A DNA stretch of 64,000 nt from Candidatus Dormiibacterota bacterium (lineage in GTDB: Bacteria; Chloroflexota; Dormibacteria; Aeolococcales; Bog-877). The notes under the pieces are model-generated. The model saw only the letters and a list, made by a program, of their open reading frames with translations. It made no database searches and was not told where the DNA came from. Position 1 is the first letter of the stretch, and each line of letters starts with the position of its first letter. Both the position numbers and the translations under genes were made by a program. The stretch spans positions 25,783-89,782 of the forward strand of contig DAHUZI010000111.1 of the NCBI GenBank assembly GCA_027306595.1. Direction: 5' to 3'. Shown here piece by piece: positions 39,282-48,434 of this stretch.

Positions 39282-40310
39282 TTGTCCCCTCCCACCAGAC
39301 TCTTCTGCACGAGTGTAAACTCCGCCGCACAGTATGGTCCGCTGGCAACCGGTGTCAAGGGGGAACGGGCGCCCCCGGGGCTGGGCCGGGCAGGCCCGTT
39401 CCCGTACGATTCTCACCCAGCGCCCGCAGGGGCGTGGCGCCGCCGGGCCTCGCCGGCGAAAGGGAGGGAGCGAACGCCCACCGCACCAGTCATCTCGCTG
39501 CTCACCGACTTCGGACTTCACGACGCCTCGGTCGGCGCCTGCCGCGGGGTGATCGCCAGCGTCGCCCCGGGCGTCCCCGTTGCCGACATCAGCCACCTTG
39601 TTCCCAGCTACGACATCGAGCGGGGCGCCCGGCTGCTGGAGTCGGCTATCCCCTACTACCCCGCCGGGAGCGTCCACCTCGGGGTGGTTGACCCCGGGGT
39701 AGGCACCCCCCGCCGGGGCATCGCGCTGAGGAGCGAGCGCGGCGACGTCTGCATCGGGCCCGACAACGGCCTGCTCATCTGGGGGGTCGAACGCCTGGGC
39801 GGGGTCAGCGAGGCGGTCGAGCTCACCAGTGATTCGCACCGCCTCCGACCCACCTCCCAGACCTTCCACGGGCGTGACATCTTCAGCCCGGCCGCGGCCC
39901 ACGTGGCCGTCGGCACCCCCCTCACCGCGCTCGGGCCCACCCTCGACCCGGCCACGCTCGTGCGGCTACCCCGGCCGGAACCTGAGGTCACCGCCGGTGG
40001 CCGCATCCGCGCCCGGGTCGGGGTGGTCAACGTCTACGGCACCTGCCAGCTCGATCTCGCCGAGTCCGACTGGAACCGGTCCGGCCTGGGACGCCCGTCC
40101 TCGGTCATGGTCCAGGTCGGCGGGTGGACCTGGGTCGTGCCGTACGTGCGAACGTTCGGGGAGGCGTCACAGGGCGACCCCCTCCTCTTCACCGACTCCA
40201 GCGGGAAGGTAAGCCTCGCCGTCAACCGGGGGTCGGCCGCCAAGCGCTTCGGCCTCGAGGCGGGCGCCTGGGTCGGGCTCCGACCGGCCGAGGGCAGCCC
40301 GCCCGGCTGA
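39282..40310 (+). CDS. SAM hydroxide adenosyltransferase family protein (DUF62; fluorinase/chlorinase-like fold)
   Basis: VISLLTDFGLHDASVGACRGVI..VHLGVVDPGVGT..GPDNGLL..FHGRDIFSPAAAH is present. The end is secure. The start is not: the first canonical in-frame start outside the neighbouring gene is TTG 39282, whereas the conserved domain begins at 39489 (see finding on ACG 39474). Confidence 0.75.
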   Translation: MSPPTRLFCTSVNSAAQYGPLATGVKGERAPPGLGRAGPFPYDSHPAPAGAWRRRASPAKGRERTPTAPVISLLTDFGLHDASVGACRGVIASVAPGVPVADISHLVPSYDIERGARLLESAIPYYPAGSVHLGVVDPGVGTPRRGIALRSERGDVCIGPDNGLLIWGVERLGGVSEAVELTSDSHRLRPTSQTFHGRDIFSPAAAHVAVGTPLTALGPTLDPATLVRLPRPEPEVTAGGRIRARVGVVNVYGTCQLDLAESDWNRSGLGRPSSVMVQVGGWTWVVPYVRTFGEASQGDPLLFTDSSGKVSLAVNRGSAAKRFGLEAGAWVGLRPAEGSPPG

Positions 40311-40450
40311 GCGCGGATCGCGCGGCGGATCGGCCGGCCGTTCGCCGGTCGAGGGCTACACTGGGGGCAGAGTCGGTCGAGGACGGGCCGGACGGTCCGA
40401 TCGGGTCGGCGCCGGGCACCGCCTGGTGGCGGGAGCGGGAGGTGCAAGCG

Positions 40451-41047
40451 ATGGGGACGCGAAACCAGCCGGCGGCGAGCCGGATCGGCACGACCGCGGC
40501 GCAGCTCGTTGACCTCGTGGGACCGCGCCTCCGCGCGGCCTCGGAGAGTCTCGGGCCGGTGCTGGAGGGGGCCCGCCACCAGCTCCCCCCGGTCGCCGAC
40601 GCGCGGGAGCGGGTCGGCGAGGTCCTCGAGGAGGCGCGGGAACGCTCCGGTGCGCTCGCCGAGCAGGTGGTGCACGCCGCCTACGAGGTGAGCAAGTCCC
40701 TCCCGCCGGACGCGCGCCGGATCGTTGAATCGTCGCTGCGCAAGACCGGGGTCGAGCCGCCGCGGCCGCCCCGGCGGCGGAGGCGACGCGCCTGGATCGC
40801 GGCCGGGGTGCTCGCCGGGGCTGGGGTCGCCTTCCTCTTCTCGGGGACGCTCCAGGACAAGGTCTACGACCTCGTCGACCGGATTCAGGGCCGCACCGGG
40901 GACGATGAGGACGACGACTGGACGACGGCACCGATGGAGCCGGCTCCATCGGCCGGGGATGGCCCAGTCGTATTCGCTTCCGCCGACCAGCGCCTAAGCG
41001 AAACCGGAGCCGGGGCCGAAGAGCCCGACCCGGGCGCGACCTCCTGA
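40451..41047 (+). CDS. hypothetical single-pass membrane protein
   Basis: ATG 40451. It has a helical N-terminal part, a basic stretch (PRRRRRRAW), one TM helix (IAAGVLAGAGVAFLF) and an acidic tail. No family was recognised. Confidence 0.45.
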   Translation: MGTRNQPAASRIGTTAAQLVDLVGPRLRAASESLGPVLEGARHQLPPVADARERVGEVLEEARERSGALAEQVVHAAYEVSKSLPPDARRIVESSLRKTGVEPPRPPRRRRRRAWIAAGVLAGAGVAFLFSGTLQDKVYDLVDRIQGRTGDDEDDDWTTAPMEPAPSAGDGPVVFASADQRLSETGAGAEEPDPGATS

Positions 41048-41063
41048 CCGACCGCCGCCGCCG

Positions 41064-41948
41064 GTGAGCGTCGCCGGGATCAGCAGGACCGAGGGGGCCG
41101 GGCGCGGCCTGCGCGGCCTCGGTCCCCTCGTCGCCATCCTCGCCGGCGCGGCCCTCGCGCTTCTGGGGCCACGGCTCTTCGGTGATCCCCAAAGCTCCGA
41201 CCCGGACGCCTGGCGGCTGGCAGCCTACTTCGGGACGCTCTGGCTCGTGGCGCTGGCCGTCCCGCGCCTGCGACCCGTGGCGCCGCTCGCGTTCGCCTTC
41301 ACGACCCTCGCCCTGCCGTACTCGGTCTGGACGTTCCTGCTCGGATGGAGCGCAGGCCTGCCGGGCGTCTTGGGCGGCCCGGACAGCCTGGGGCGGATGG
41401 CCTCGGCTGGGGTGGCCGAGTGGCTCGTGGTCTTGCTGATGGCGGGGCTCTACGCCTGGCGATGCCCGGCGCCGGCCCCTGCGCTCCGGCTCGTGCGCCT
41501 CCCCTCCCTCGCCGTCGTGCTGGCGGGGGGCCTCGGGTCCGTCGTCTTCCTGGCCATCGCCTTCCTGCTCCCCGCACCGGTGATCGGGCGCGAGGGTGTT
41601 CCGCTCCTCGCCTTCGCTCCCCCCAACGTTTTCGCCTACATCGTCGCCAACGCCTCGACCGCATTCGCCCAGGAGCTCCAGTTCCGAGGCGTTCTCCAGG
41701 CCGAACTCGAGCGCTCCCATCCCTGGGTGCTGGCGGTCGCGGTCCAAGGGGTGGTCTTCGGGATCGCCCATCTCGCCGTCTCCTATGCCGGCCCGGCGGC
41801 CTCCTTCGTCCCGATCGTCATCGCGCTCGGTCTCGTCTGGGGCTTGCTCACCCGGTGGACCGACTCGCTCTGGCCAGCGATCGTGATCCACATCGTGGCC
41901 GACGTCTTCATCACCGTCGCCATCCTCGGCGGCCTCTACGGACTGTGA
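41064..41948 (+). CDS. CPBP-family intramembrane glutamic endopeptidase (CAAX protease-like)
   Basis: The protein is polytopic and carries the three CPBP motifs: QELQFRG, FGIAHL and VIHIVADV. Confidence 0.8.
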   Translation: MSVAGISRTEGAGRGLRGLGPLVAILAGAALALLGPRLFGDPQSSDPDAWRLAAYFGTLWLVALAVPRLRPVAPLAFAFTTLALPYSVWTFLLGWSAGLPGVLGGPDSLGRMASAGVAEWLVVLLMAGLYAWRCPAPAPALRLVRLPSLAVVLAGGLGSVVFLAIAFLLPAPVIGREGVPLLAFAPPNVFAYIVANASTAFAQELQFRGVLQAELERSHPWVLAVAVQGVVFGIAHLAVSYAGPAASFVPIVIALGLVWGLLTRWTDSLWPAIVIHIVADVFITVAILGGLYGL

Positions 41949-43090
41949 ACGTTCCCCGCCGGCGGCGCTGCGGTGTCCCCTCGGCCAGCCGCATCGCCGC
42001 GGCGACCGCCGCCGCGGGACTGGGTCTTCTGACCGGCACGGTCGGAGCCACCGCGGCGACCCAGTGGTGGACACCGGGCCCAAGGATCGCGGCCATCGCG
42101 ATCGCGTCGACCCCGGCACGGCGGACGCTCGCGCTAACTCGGAGCGGGGTGCTCTGGATCGTTCCCGGGCGCAACCAAGGAGGCCGGGTGACGCTCGGGG
42201 CCCCGGCCAGGGCGATCGCGGTCAGCGCCGCCGGCCGCGGGGTGGCCGCGCTCAGCGACGGGACGGTGGTGCAGGTGGCCGGCGATCGGGCGGGCGCGAT
42301 CCTCGGGGTTCTGGCGGGCCCCGTCACCGCCCTGGCCGCGGGCGGGTCGACGACCACTGCCTTCGCCGTGGCGGCGACGAGCCGCGGCCTCTTCCTCCTC
42401 CGCACCGGTCGGGCGGCGGAGCGGGTCGTCCAGGGGAGGGCGACGACGGTCGTGGCGCCGACGGCTCACGGGCTGCCGTGGTGGGCGCTGGTGGGGGGAC
42501 GACTGTACGGCTCGGCCGACGGCAGCCGATGGGCCCGTGCGCGGCGGGTTGGCCCGCTGCCGCCGGGCACCCTGCTGCTCGGGGAACTCGGCGACGGAAC
42601 GGTGCTGGCGGTCGAGTCCTCGGGGCTGATCCTGGCCTCGTCGAGCCACGGGCTGACCCCGAGCCTCCAGATCCTGCCCGCCGGCGGCTTCGCGGGCGTG
42701 CCTCGTCCAACCGGCCTAGCCGCGGTCGGCCCCACCTCCGCCTACCTCGCCACCCGCGGCTTCGCCGCCCTCCTCACGCCCGACGACGGCTACGACTGGT
42801 ATCGGGCCGCGCCTTCGCAGCTCCCCAGCGACCTCGAGGCGGTCGCCAGCGTCGGACCGGTGGCGGCAGCCTCCCACCCCAGCGGCGATGTGATCGTGGC
42901 CGGGCCCGGCCGGCTCTACCTCCACCGCCTCCAGAGCCTCCCGTCGCCGCCCGTCTACGTCGGCGGCAGCGCCCTCCTCCAGTGGGCGGGGATCGCCGCC
43001 ACGACCGCGGTCGCGATCCTGCTCGGCCTCACCGGGATAGTGCTCGCCGCGCCGCGCCGGGGTCGGCGCCGGCTCGGCCGGCTCGTATGA
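41945..43090 (+). CDS. secreted/anchored protein with Asp-box (BNR-like) motifs and a C-terminal TM anchor
   Basis: GTG 41945 overlaps the CPBP stop. It has an Arg-rich signal (PRRRRCG..AAATAAAGLGLLTG), SADGSRW and PDDGYDW Asp-box-like motifs, and a C-terminal TM helix followed by RRGRRR. Confidence 0.55.
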   Translation: MNVPRRRRCGVPSASRIAAATAAAGLGLLTGTVGATAATQWWTPGPRIAAIAIASTPARRTLALTRSGVLWIVPGRNQGGRVTLGAPARAIAVSAAGRGVAALSDGTVVQVAGDRAGAILGVLAGPVTALAAGGSTTTAFAVAATSRGLFLLRTGRAAERVVQGRATTVVAPTAHGLPWWALVGGRLYGSADGSRWARARRVGPLPPGTLLLGELGDGTVLAVESSGLILASSSHGLTPSLQILPAGGFAGVPRPTGLAAVGPTSAYLATRGFAALLTPDDGYDWYRAAPSQLPSDLEAVASVGPVAAASHPSGDVIVAGPGRLYLHRLQSLPSPPVYVGGSALLQWAGIAATTAVAILLGLTGIVLAAPRRGRRRLGRLV

Positions 43091-43157
43091 TCGGACCGGC
43101 GACCGGGGGTGAGGCGACCCGGCGTCGCCGGCTCCGGCCCCGTAGGGAGTGGCTGCC

Positions 43158-45740
43158 GTGAAGGCGGTGGTGATGGCGGGGGGTGAGGGCAGTCGTCTGC
43201 GCCCGCTGACGAGCCGACGCCCCAAGCCGCTGGTCCCCGTTGTGGGCCGCCCCTGCGTGGAGCACATCCTCCGACTGCTCCGCCGCCACGGCATCACCGA
43301 GGTGGTGGTCACCCTCCAGTACCTGGGCTCCGACATCCGCGATTACTTCGGGGACGGTCAGGACCTGGGGATGGAGATCGCATACGTGGTCGAGGATCGG
43401 CCCCTCGGCACCGCGGGCAGCGTCCGAAACGCGGCCGAGCTGGTCGGCGACACCTTCCTTGTCATCAGCGGCGACGCGCTGACGGACATCGATCTCACCA
43501 CGGCGATCGCAGCCCACCGAGACCGCGGCGCCCGGGCCACGATCGTGCTGGCCCGAGTGCCGTCCCCGCTGGAGTACGGGGTCGTGATCACCGACGGCGG
43601 GGGACGGATCCAGCGCTTCCTCGAGAAGCCCTCGTGGGGCGAGGTCTTCAGCGATCAGGTGAACACCGGGATCTATGTGGTCGAGCCCGACGTCCTCGGC
43701 GAGATCGAGCCGAACCGCAGTGTCGACTGGTCGCAGGACGTCTTCCCCCGCATGCTCGAACGCGGCGACCCCCTCTTCGGCGTGGTCGGAGACGGCTACT
43801 GGTGCGACATCGGGAACATCGCCTCCTACCTCCAGGCCAACTGGGACGCCCTGGAAGGCCGGGTGATCTGCGAGATCGACGGCGTCCGCCGGGGCGACGG
43901 GGTAGTCGTGGCCTCAGGCGCCGAGGTCGACGAGGACGTGCAGGTCGCCGGACCGGCGTTCGTGGGGCGGGATGCGGTCGTCCGCCGCGGCGCGTTCCTC
44001 AACGGGCCGGTGGTGATCGACCGCCACGTCGTGGTGGATGTCGGCGCCAAGGTCAGCACCAGCGTGGTCTGGCCCCAGGCCTACATCGGCGAGCGCGCCC
44101 GCCTCCGCCAGGCCGTGGTCTGTTCCGGGGCCACCCTCAAGCCGCTGGTGCTCGTCGAGGAGGGGGCGGTCGTCGGCGATGGGTGCGTGATCGGAGCGGG
44201 CGCCGTGATCAGCCCCAACGTCAAGATCTGGCCCCACAAGGACATCGAGCCGGGAGCGGCCGTCCACGAATCGGTGATCTGGGCCGGAACCTGGCGCTCC
44301 AGCCTGTTCACCTCCTACGGCATCACCGGTCTCAGCAACGTCGAGCTCACCCCCGAGTGGTGCGCCCGCCTGGGGGCGGCGTGGGCGGCGAGCCACCCGA
44401 AGGGCAGCGAGCTCGCGATCTGCCGTGATCGCCAACCGAGTTCGCGAATGATCAAGGGGGCCATGATGGCGGGCATGCTCTCCGCCGGGGTTCGGGTCCT
44501 CGACCTATCCGAGCTCCCCCTGCCGGTGACGAGCCATCTCACCCGCGAGTCAGCGGTGCGGGGCGCGGTGCACATCCTCGCCTCTCCGCTCGACCCACGG
44601 TCCGCCGACATCCGGGTGCTGGACGAGCGCGGGCTGCCCATCGACCGCCGCGCCGAGCGGCGGCTGGAGAACATCTTCTTCCGCGAGGACTTTCGCCGGG
44701 TCGTTCCGGACGAGATCGAGCCGATCGCCTACGCGGCCTGGGCCCTCGACGCCTACGCGGCCCAGGCCCTCGAGGCACTCGATGTCGAGCTGGTCCGATC
44801 GGCCCGGCCAAAGGTCTTGGTCGACTACGACTACAGCTCGGCCTCGCTGGTGCTCCCCCGGTTGCTCACGGCGGTCAATGCCGAGGTGATCCCGCTCCAC
44901 GCTGGGTACGATGACGGGGCTCGGCCCGAGGTCGGCCCGGACCACTTCGAGGACCAGCTCCGCCAGTCTGCCCTCATCACCCGCACGGTGGGGGCGGACC
45001 TGGGTGTCACGATCGACGCCGCCGGCCAGCGGATACGCCTGATCGACGACGCGGGCGCGGTCCTCGACCACGGCGAGGCGCTGGCCCTCGTGACCTGGCT
45101 GGCGCTGGCGGGGCGACCGGGTGGCACCGTCGTGGTGCCCGCCTCGGCCCCCCGGGCGATCGGTCTCATCGCCGACCGGCTCGGTGGCCGCGCCATCCTC
45201 ACCAAGTTCGATCCCCCATCGGTGCTCCGCGCCGCCGTCAGGACCGGGGCCGTCCTGGGCGGGGATGGCAACGGGGGCTTCGTCTGGCCCCGGCATCTGC
45301 CGGCCTTCGATGCGATCTTCTCGGTGCTGGAGCTGCTCGCCCTTCAGATCCGAGCCGGGCGACCGCTCAGCGCGATCCGCCGCGAGCTGCCCCTCGGAGC
45401 CCACCTGCGCCACGACGAGTTCTGCCCCTGGGAGGCGAAGGGCCGGGTGATGCGCGTCCTTCTGGAGCGACACCGAGGGGAGAGCCTCGACCTCACCGAC
45501 GGGCTCAAGGTCCCGGTCGACGGCGGTTGGGTCCTCATCCTGCCGGATCAGGATCGGCCCGAGTACCACGTGATCGCCTCGACGGCCGACCGGTCCGCGG
45601 CGGAGGCAGCGGTCCGCCAGTACCGCGAGGAGATCGTGGAGGCGATCGCCCGGGTCGACGAGGGGGCGCCGGGCGGTGACGGGTCGCCGGGCGCCGCCGC
45701 CCCGTCGCCGCCCGGGGGTCAGTCCAGCCCGAGGTCGTAG
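43158..45740 (+). CDS. fusion protein: sugar-1-phosphate nucleotidyltransferase (ManC/GlmU-like plus left-handed beta-helix) and a phosphohexomutase-like C-terminal half
   Basis: [27 protein letters not shown] and [11 protein letters not shown] match an NTP_transferase domain. Hexapeptide repeats follow, then PGM/PMM-like domains. GGGAG lies 8 nt before GTG 43158; the track start is 43149. Confidence 0.85.
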   Translation: MKAVVMAGGEGSRLRPLTSRRPKPLVPVVGRPCVEHILRLLRRHGITEVVVTLQYLGSDIRDYFGDGQDLGMEIAYVVEDRPLGTAGSVRNAAELVGDTFLVISGDALTDIDLTTAIAAHRDRGARATIVLARVPSPLEYGVVITDGGGRIQRFLEKPSWGEVFSDQVNTGIYVVEPDVLGEIEPNRSVDWSQDVFPRMLERGDPLFGVVGDGYWCDIGNIASYLQANWDALEGRVICEIDGVRRGDGVVVASGAEVDEDVQVAGPAFVGRDAVVRRGAFLNGPVVIDRHVVVDVGAKVSTSVVWPQAYIGERARLRQAVVCSGATLKPLVLVEEGAVVGDGCVIGAGAVISPNVKIWPHKDIEPGAAVHESVIWAGTWRSSLFTSYGITGLSNVELTPEWCARLGAAWAASHPKGSELAICRDRQPSSRMIKGAMMAGMLSAGVRVLDLSELPLPVTSHLTRESAVRGAVHILASPLDPRSADIRVLDERGLPIDRRAERRLENIFFREDFRRVVPDEIEPIAYAAWALDAYAAQALEALDVELVRSARPKVLVDYDYSSASLVLPRLLTAVNAEVIPLHAGYDDGARPEVGPDHFEDQLRQSALITRTVGADLGVTIDAAGQRIRLIDDAGAVLDHGEALALVTWLALAGRPGGTVVVPASAPRAIGLIADRLGGRAILTKFDPPSVLRAAVRTGAVLGGDGNGGFVWPRHLPAFDAIFSVLELLALQIRAGRPLSAIRRELPLGAHLRHDEFCPWEAKGRVMRVLLERHRGESLDLTDGLKVPVDGGWVLILPDQDRPEYHVIASTADRSAAEAAVRQYREEIVEAIARVDEGAPGGDGSPGAAAPSPPGGQSSPRS

Positions 45741-45997
45741 GCGACGGCGATCTCCTCCGGGGTGTACCGCCGCATCGCCAGGTGGGTGCGGGTCCGCACG
45801 ATCCCGGGAAGGGACGCCAGCTCGTCGTGGACGAGGACGGCCAGCGTCTCCTGGTCGGGGACCTGGATCTTCACGATGAAGTCGAGCTTCCCGGTCGTGG
45901 TGTGGACCTCGACCACGCCTGGGCAGGCGGCGAGCCGCGGGCCGAGCCTCCGCAGGTGCTCGCGGTCGGCGGTGACGAACAGGAAGGCTGTGATCAC
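45719..45997 (-). CDS. stand-alone Lrp/AsnC ligand-binding (RAM) domain protein
   Basis: (V)[72 protein letters not shown] is an AsnC_trans_reg pattern without an HTH. The start is GTG 45997. Confidence 0.7.
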   Translation of the reverse strand: MITAFLFVTADREHLRRLGPRLAACPGVVEVHTTTGKLDFIVKIQVPDQETLAVLVHDELASLPGIVRTRTHLAMRRYTPEEIAVAYDLGLD

Positions 45998-46137
45998 GGC
46001 GGCGGCACCTCGGGGAGCGGCCTCCGGGAGGGACGGGCACGCGCCGGTCGAGTGGGCCCCGGGGCGGTTCGCGGGAGCGTAGCACAGCCCCGGGTATACT
46101 CTTGGGCGCCCGGACCTCCCGAGGCGACCGGGACGGC

Positions 46138-46210
46138 GCGGGAGTAGCTCAGCTGGTAGAGCATCTGCTTCCCAAGCAGAGGGTCGCGGGTTCGAGTCCC
46201 GTCTCCCGCT
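46138..46210 (+). tRNA. tRNA-Gly (anticodon CCC)
   Basis: A cloverleaf was folded by hand. The acceptor GCGGGAG pairs with CUCCCGC; the D arm is GCUC-AGCUGGUA-GAGC. The anticodon stem UCUGC/GCAGA carries the loop UUCCCAA, and the T arm is GCGGG-UUCGAGU-CCCGU. The discriminator is U and no exact CCA is encoded (CCC follows). A TATACT -10 candidate sits at 46095-46100. Confidence 0.92.
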
Positions 46211-47231
46211 CCCAATGCAGCGACCGCGGGACTCGGGGCCAAGCGGTCCCCGATTCCCGAACGGTTCTGACCGTGGCCGTCGGGGCCGCGAACCTTCCTC
46301 AACGCACAACCTCAGCAGTCTTCGAAGCCCAGACTCACAAGCGGTCTCCCACCCCCTCCTCGCGAAGGCCCGCAGCCCCCCTCCAGATGGCGCGTCGTCC
46401 TCGGGCCACGTCGACGGTCTGGCTTGACGGTGGCTAGGCAGATCACGCGCTGCTCAGCCGTGGGCCACGACGACCCGCCATGGTCCGGAGTCGCATCCGT
46501 GCCGAGGCGCTCAGTCTTCTTGGCTGCGAGCCTCTCGCATCCCCGACCAATCCCTGGGTCGGCTGAGGGCCATCGGAGGGAGAACATGCCGCTACCGCCT
46601 GCGGGTCCGCTTGTTCGACGACCGGCCGGCGAAGCGGGCAAACGGGGTGCAGGCGACGAGGCTATGAATTGGGTCGTTCCGTGTGCAAGGCGTGATCGTG
46701 GAAGGCGCCCCCTGAGGAGGCAGAGGAAGGGGGACCCGCCCCCCCCCCGCCGGCTCGGCGTCGAGCGTGCACGGGTCGACCGCGCTTGGACCGCCAATGA
46801 CGATGAGGGGAGAGGCCGTTCCCGTTGGGGTGCCGGCCGTCAGAGCGCGATCCCGGGGCGTTTGCGTCGCCCACCGGTGCCGGGCACCCGTCGCCAGCTG
46901 CGTTTGCGCGGCCCCCGCTCTCGTCAGCGGACGGCCTCCGACGGTCTGAGACCCCACCGTGGAGGTGGGTCACGCGATTCCCCTTCTCCGTGGACGACAC
47001 CTCGAGCTCGGGCGGGGGCGAAGGGGAGCGGGTCGAACAAGCGGACGCCTCGGCCGAGTGTGACCGGGACACCCTTCACCTGGTTTCGGTTGCCGCCGCC
47101 GGATTCAAGCGCTGCGGGTTGACGCAGGGACCTTCGAGGGCGATCAGCCCTCGCCGGCGGTGCGCCATCGTCCGTTCCATCCCCGGCGTCGCGCAGACCA
47201 CGCTGGCCCCCCACGCGCGCGCGATGGGGCC

Positions 47232-48434
47232 TCAACCCGTGATCTTGGTGAGCGAGTCGCCCTCGGCGTTCGAGACAAAGACATGCGCCCCGGCGACGGC
47301 GATGGCGACCGGGTCGTTGAACGCGTCGGCAGGGCGGGCGATTACCCGCACCGCCGCCCCCGTCGAGGCCTGGATCTCGGTGATGGAGCCAGCGCCTCGG
47401 ACGGCGTTGGCGACGAAGAGATCCTGACCGCTCGCGGCGATAGCGACGGGGTGGTCGAACTCGTAGGCGGGTCCGGCGATCACGCGGACCGCGGCCCCCG
47501 TCGCGGCGTTGACCTCGGTCAGGGACCCCGCACCCTGGATACCGTTCAGGACCAGCACATTCCGGCCGTTCACGGTCACCGCGTCCGGATGGTCAAACTC
47601 ATACGCGTGACCGGCGATCACTCGCACCAACGCCCCCGTGGTGGCGTTCACCTCGGAGAGCGACCCTGCACCCGACACGGCGTTGGCGACGAAGAGGTCC
47701 GCGCCACTCGCGGCGACAGCGGCCGGGTGATCGAACTCATAGGCGTGGCCAGCGATCACCCGCACCCGTGCCCCCGTGGCGGCGTTGACTTCTGTGAGGG
47801 AACCGGCACCGTCCGACCCGGCGTTCACGACGAAGAGGTCCCGGCCGACGACGGCGATGGCGACCGGGTGATCGAACTGGTAGGCGGGCCCGGCGATCAC
47901 CCGAATCCGCGCCCCCGTGGCGGCGTTGACCTCGGTGAGGGATCCCGCGCCGTGCGACCCGGCGTTCACCACGAAGAGATCCCCGTCATACACCGCGATC
48001 GCAACTGGGTGGTCGAACTTGTCGGCCCGATGGGCGATCACCCGTACCCGCCGGCGCGTCGAGGCGTGGATCTCGGTCAGGGATCCGCCGCCCGAGCGAG
48101 GGTCATTTGCCACGAAGACGTCCGCCCCGATGGCGGCGACGGAGACAGGGTGGTCGAACTCGTAGGCGCCGCCGCTGATCACCCGGACCACAAGGCGCGT
48201 CGATGCGTCGGCCCGCGCGAGGGCTCTGGCCTGCCGAGGAGATGAGTGGAAGGGAGCGGGCGCCGGCGCGGCAATGGGCGGCACGATCGCGGCAGTGCCA
48301 GCTGCCGCCAGCGCCGCGGCCGTCACTCGACCCGACTGGCGGATCCAGTGTCCCCGATCCGAGTGCGATCCGTGTCGGCGCTGGCTCCCGTCCGCGCCCG
48401 TCCGCCGCCGGCTCGCGGAGGGCACCCCGCGCAT
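47232..48434 (-). CDS. secreted 7-bladed beta-propeller protein (YVTN/NHL-like 46-47-aa repeats)
   Basis: There are seven tandem units of the consensus GAGSLTEVNAATGA.VRVIAG.AYEFDHPVAIA..G.DLFVANA. An N-terminal hydrophobic Ala-rich segment (TAAALAAAGTAAIVPPIAAPAPAP) is present. The start is uncertain (ATG 48434 is preferred over 48566). Confidence 0.72.
   Translation of the reverse strand: MRGVPSASRRRTGADGSQRRHGSHSDRGHWIRQSGRVTAAALAAAGTAAIVPPIAAPAPAPFHSSPRQARALARADASTRLVVRVISGGAYEFDHPVSVAAIGADVFVANDPRSGGGSLTEIHASTRRRVRVIAHRADKFDHPVAIAVYDGDLFVVNAGSHGAGSLTEVNAATGARIRVIAGPAYQFDHPVAIAVVGRDLFVVNAGSDGAGSLTEVNAATGARVRVIAGHAYEFDHPAAVAASGADLFVANAVSGAGSLSEVNATTGALVRVIAGHAYEFDHPDAVTVNGRNVLVLNGIQGAGSLTEVNAATGAAVRVIAGPAYEFDHPVAIAASGQDLFVANAVRGAGSITEIQASTGAAVRVIARPADAFNDPVAIAVAGAHVFVSNAEGDSLTKITG
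47250..48200. repeat. about 138-141-bp tandem DNA repeats (7 copies) encoding the propeller blades
   Basis: Successive units align at the nucleotide level. For example, GTCGAACTCGTAGGCGGG..GATCAC at 47454 corresponds to GTCAAACTCATACGCGTG..GATCAC at 47592, an offset of 138 nt. Confidence 0.8.

Noticed and set aside
46900-47130. A remnant of a RibD_C/dihydrofolate-reductase-like gene on the minus strand. The evidence is ..VKGVPVTLGRGVRLFDPLP.. in one frame, continuing as ..LEVSSTEKGNRVTHLHGGV.. in another.
   Set aside because: The resemblance to the family C-terminus (PVxLGxGxxLF .. L.L.......G.V.L.Y) spans only about 40 residues. It needs a frameshift and an internal deletion. That is too weak to annotate without a profile search, so it is kept only as a hint that the gap may contain decayed genes.
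47250-48200. A CRISPR-like or other non-coding repeat array.
   Set aside because: The period is 138-141 bp with no spacer/repeat alternation. The repeats are in one open frame encoding a coherent 7-blade propeller. No other regularly spaced short repeats or cas genes were seen anywhere in the window.
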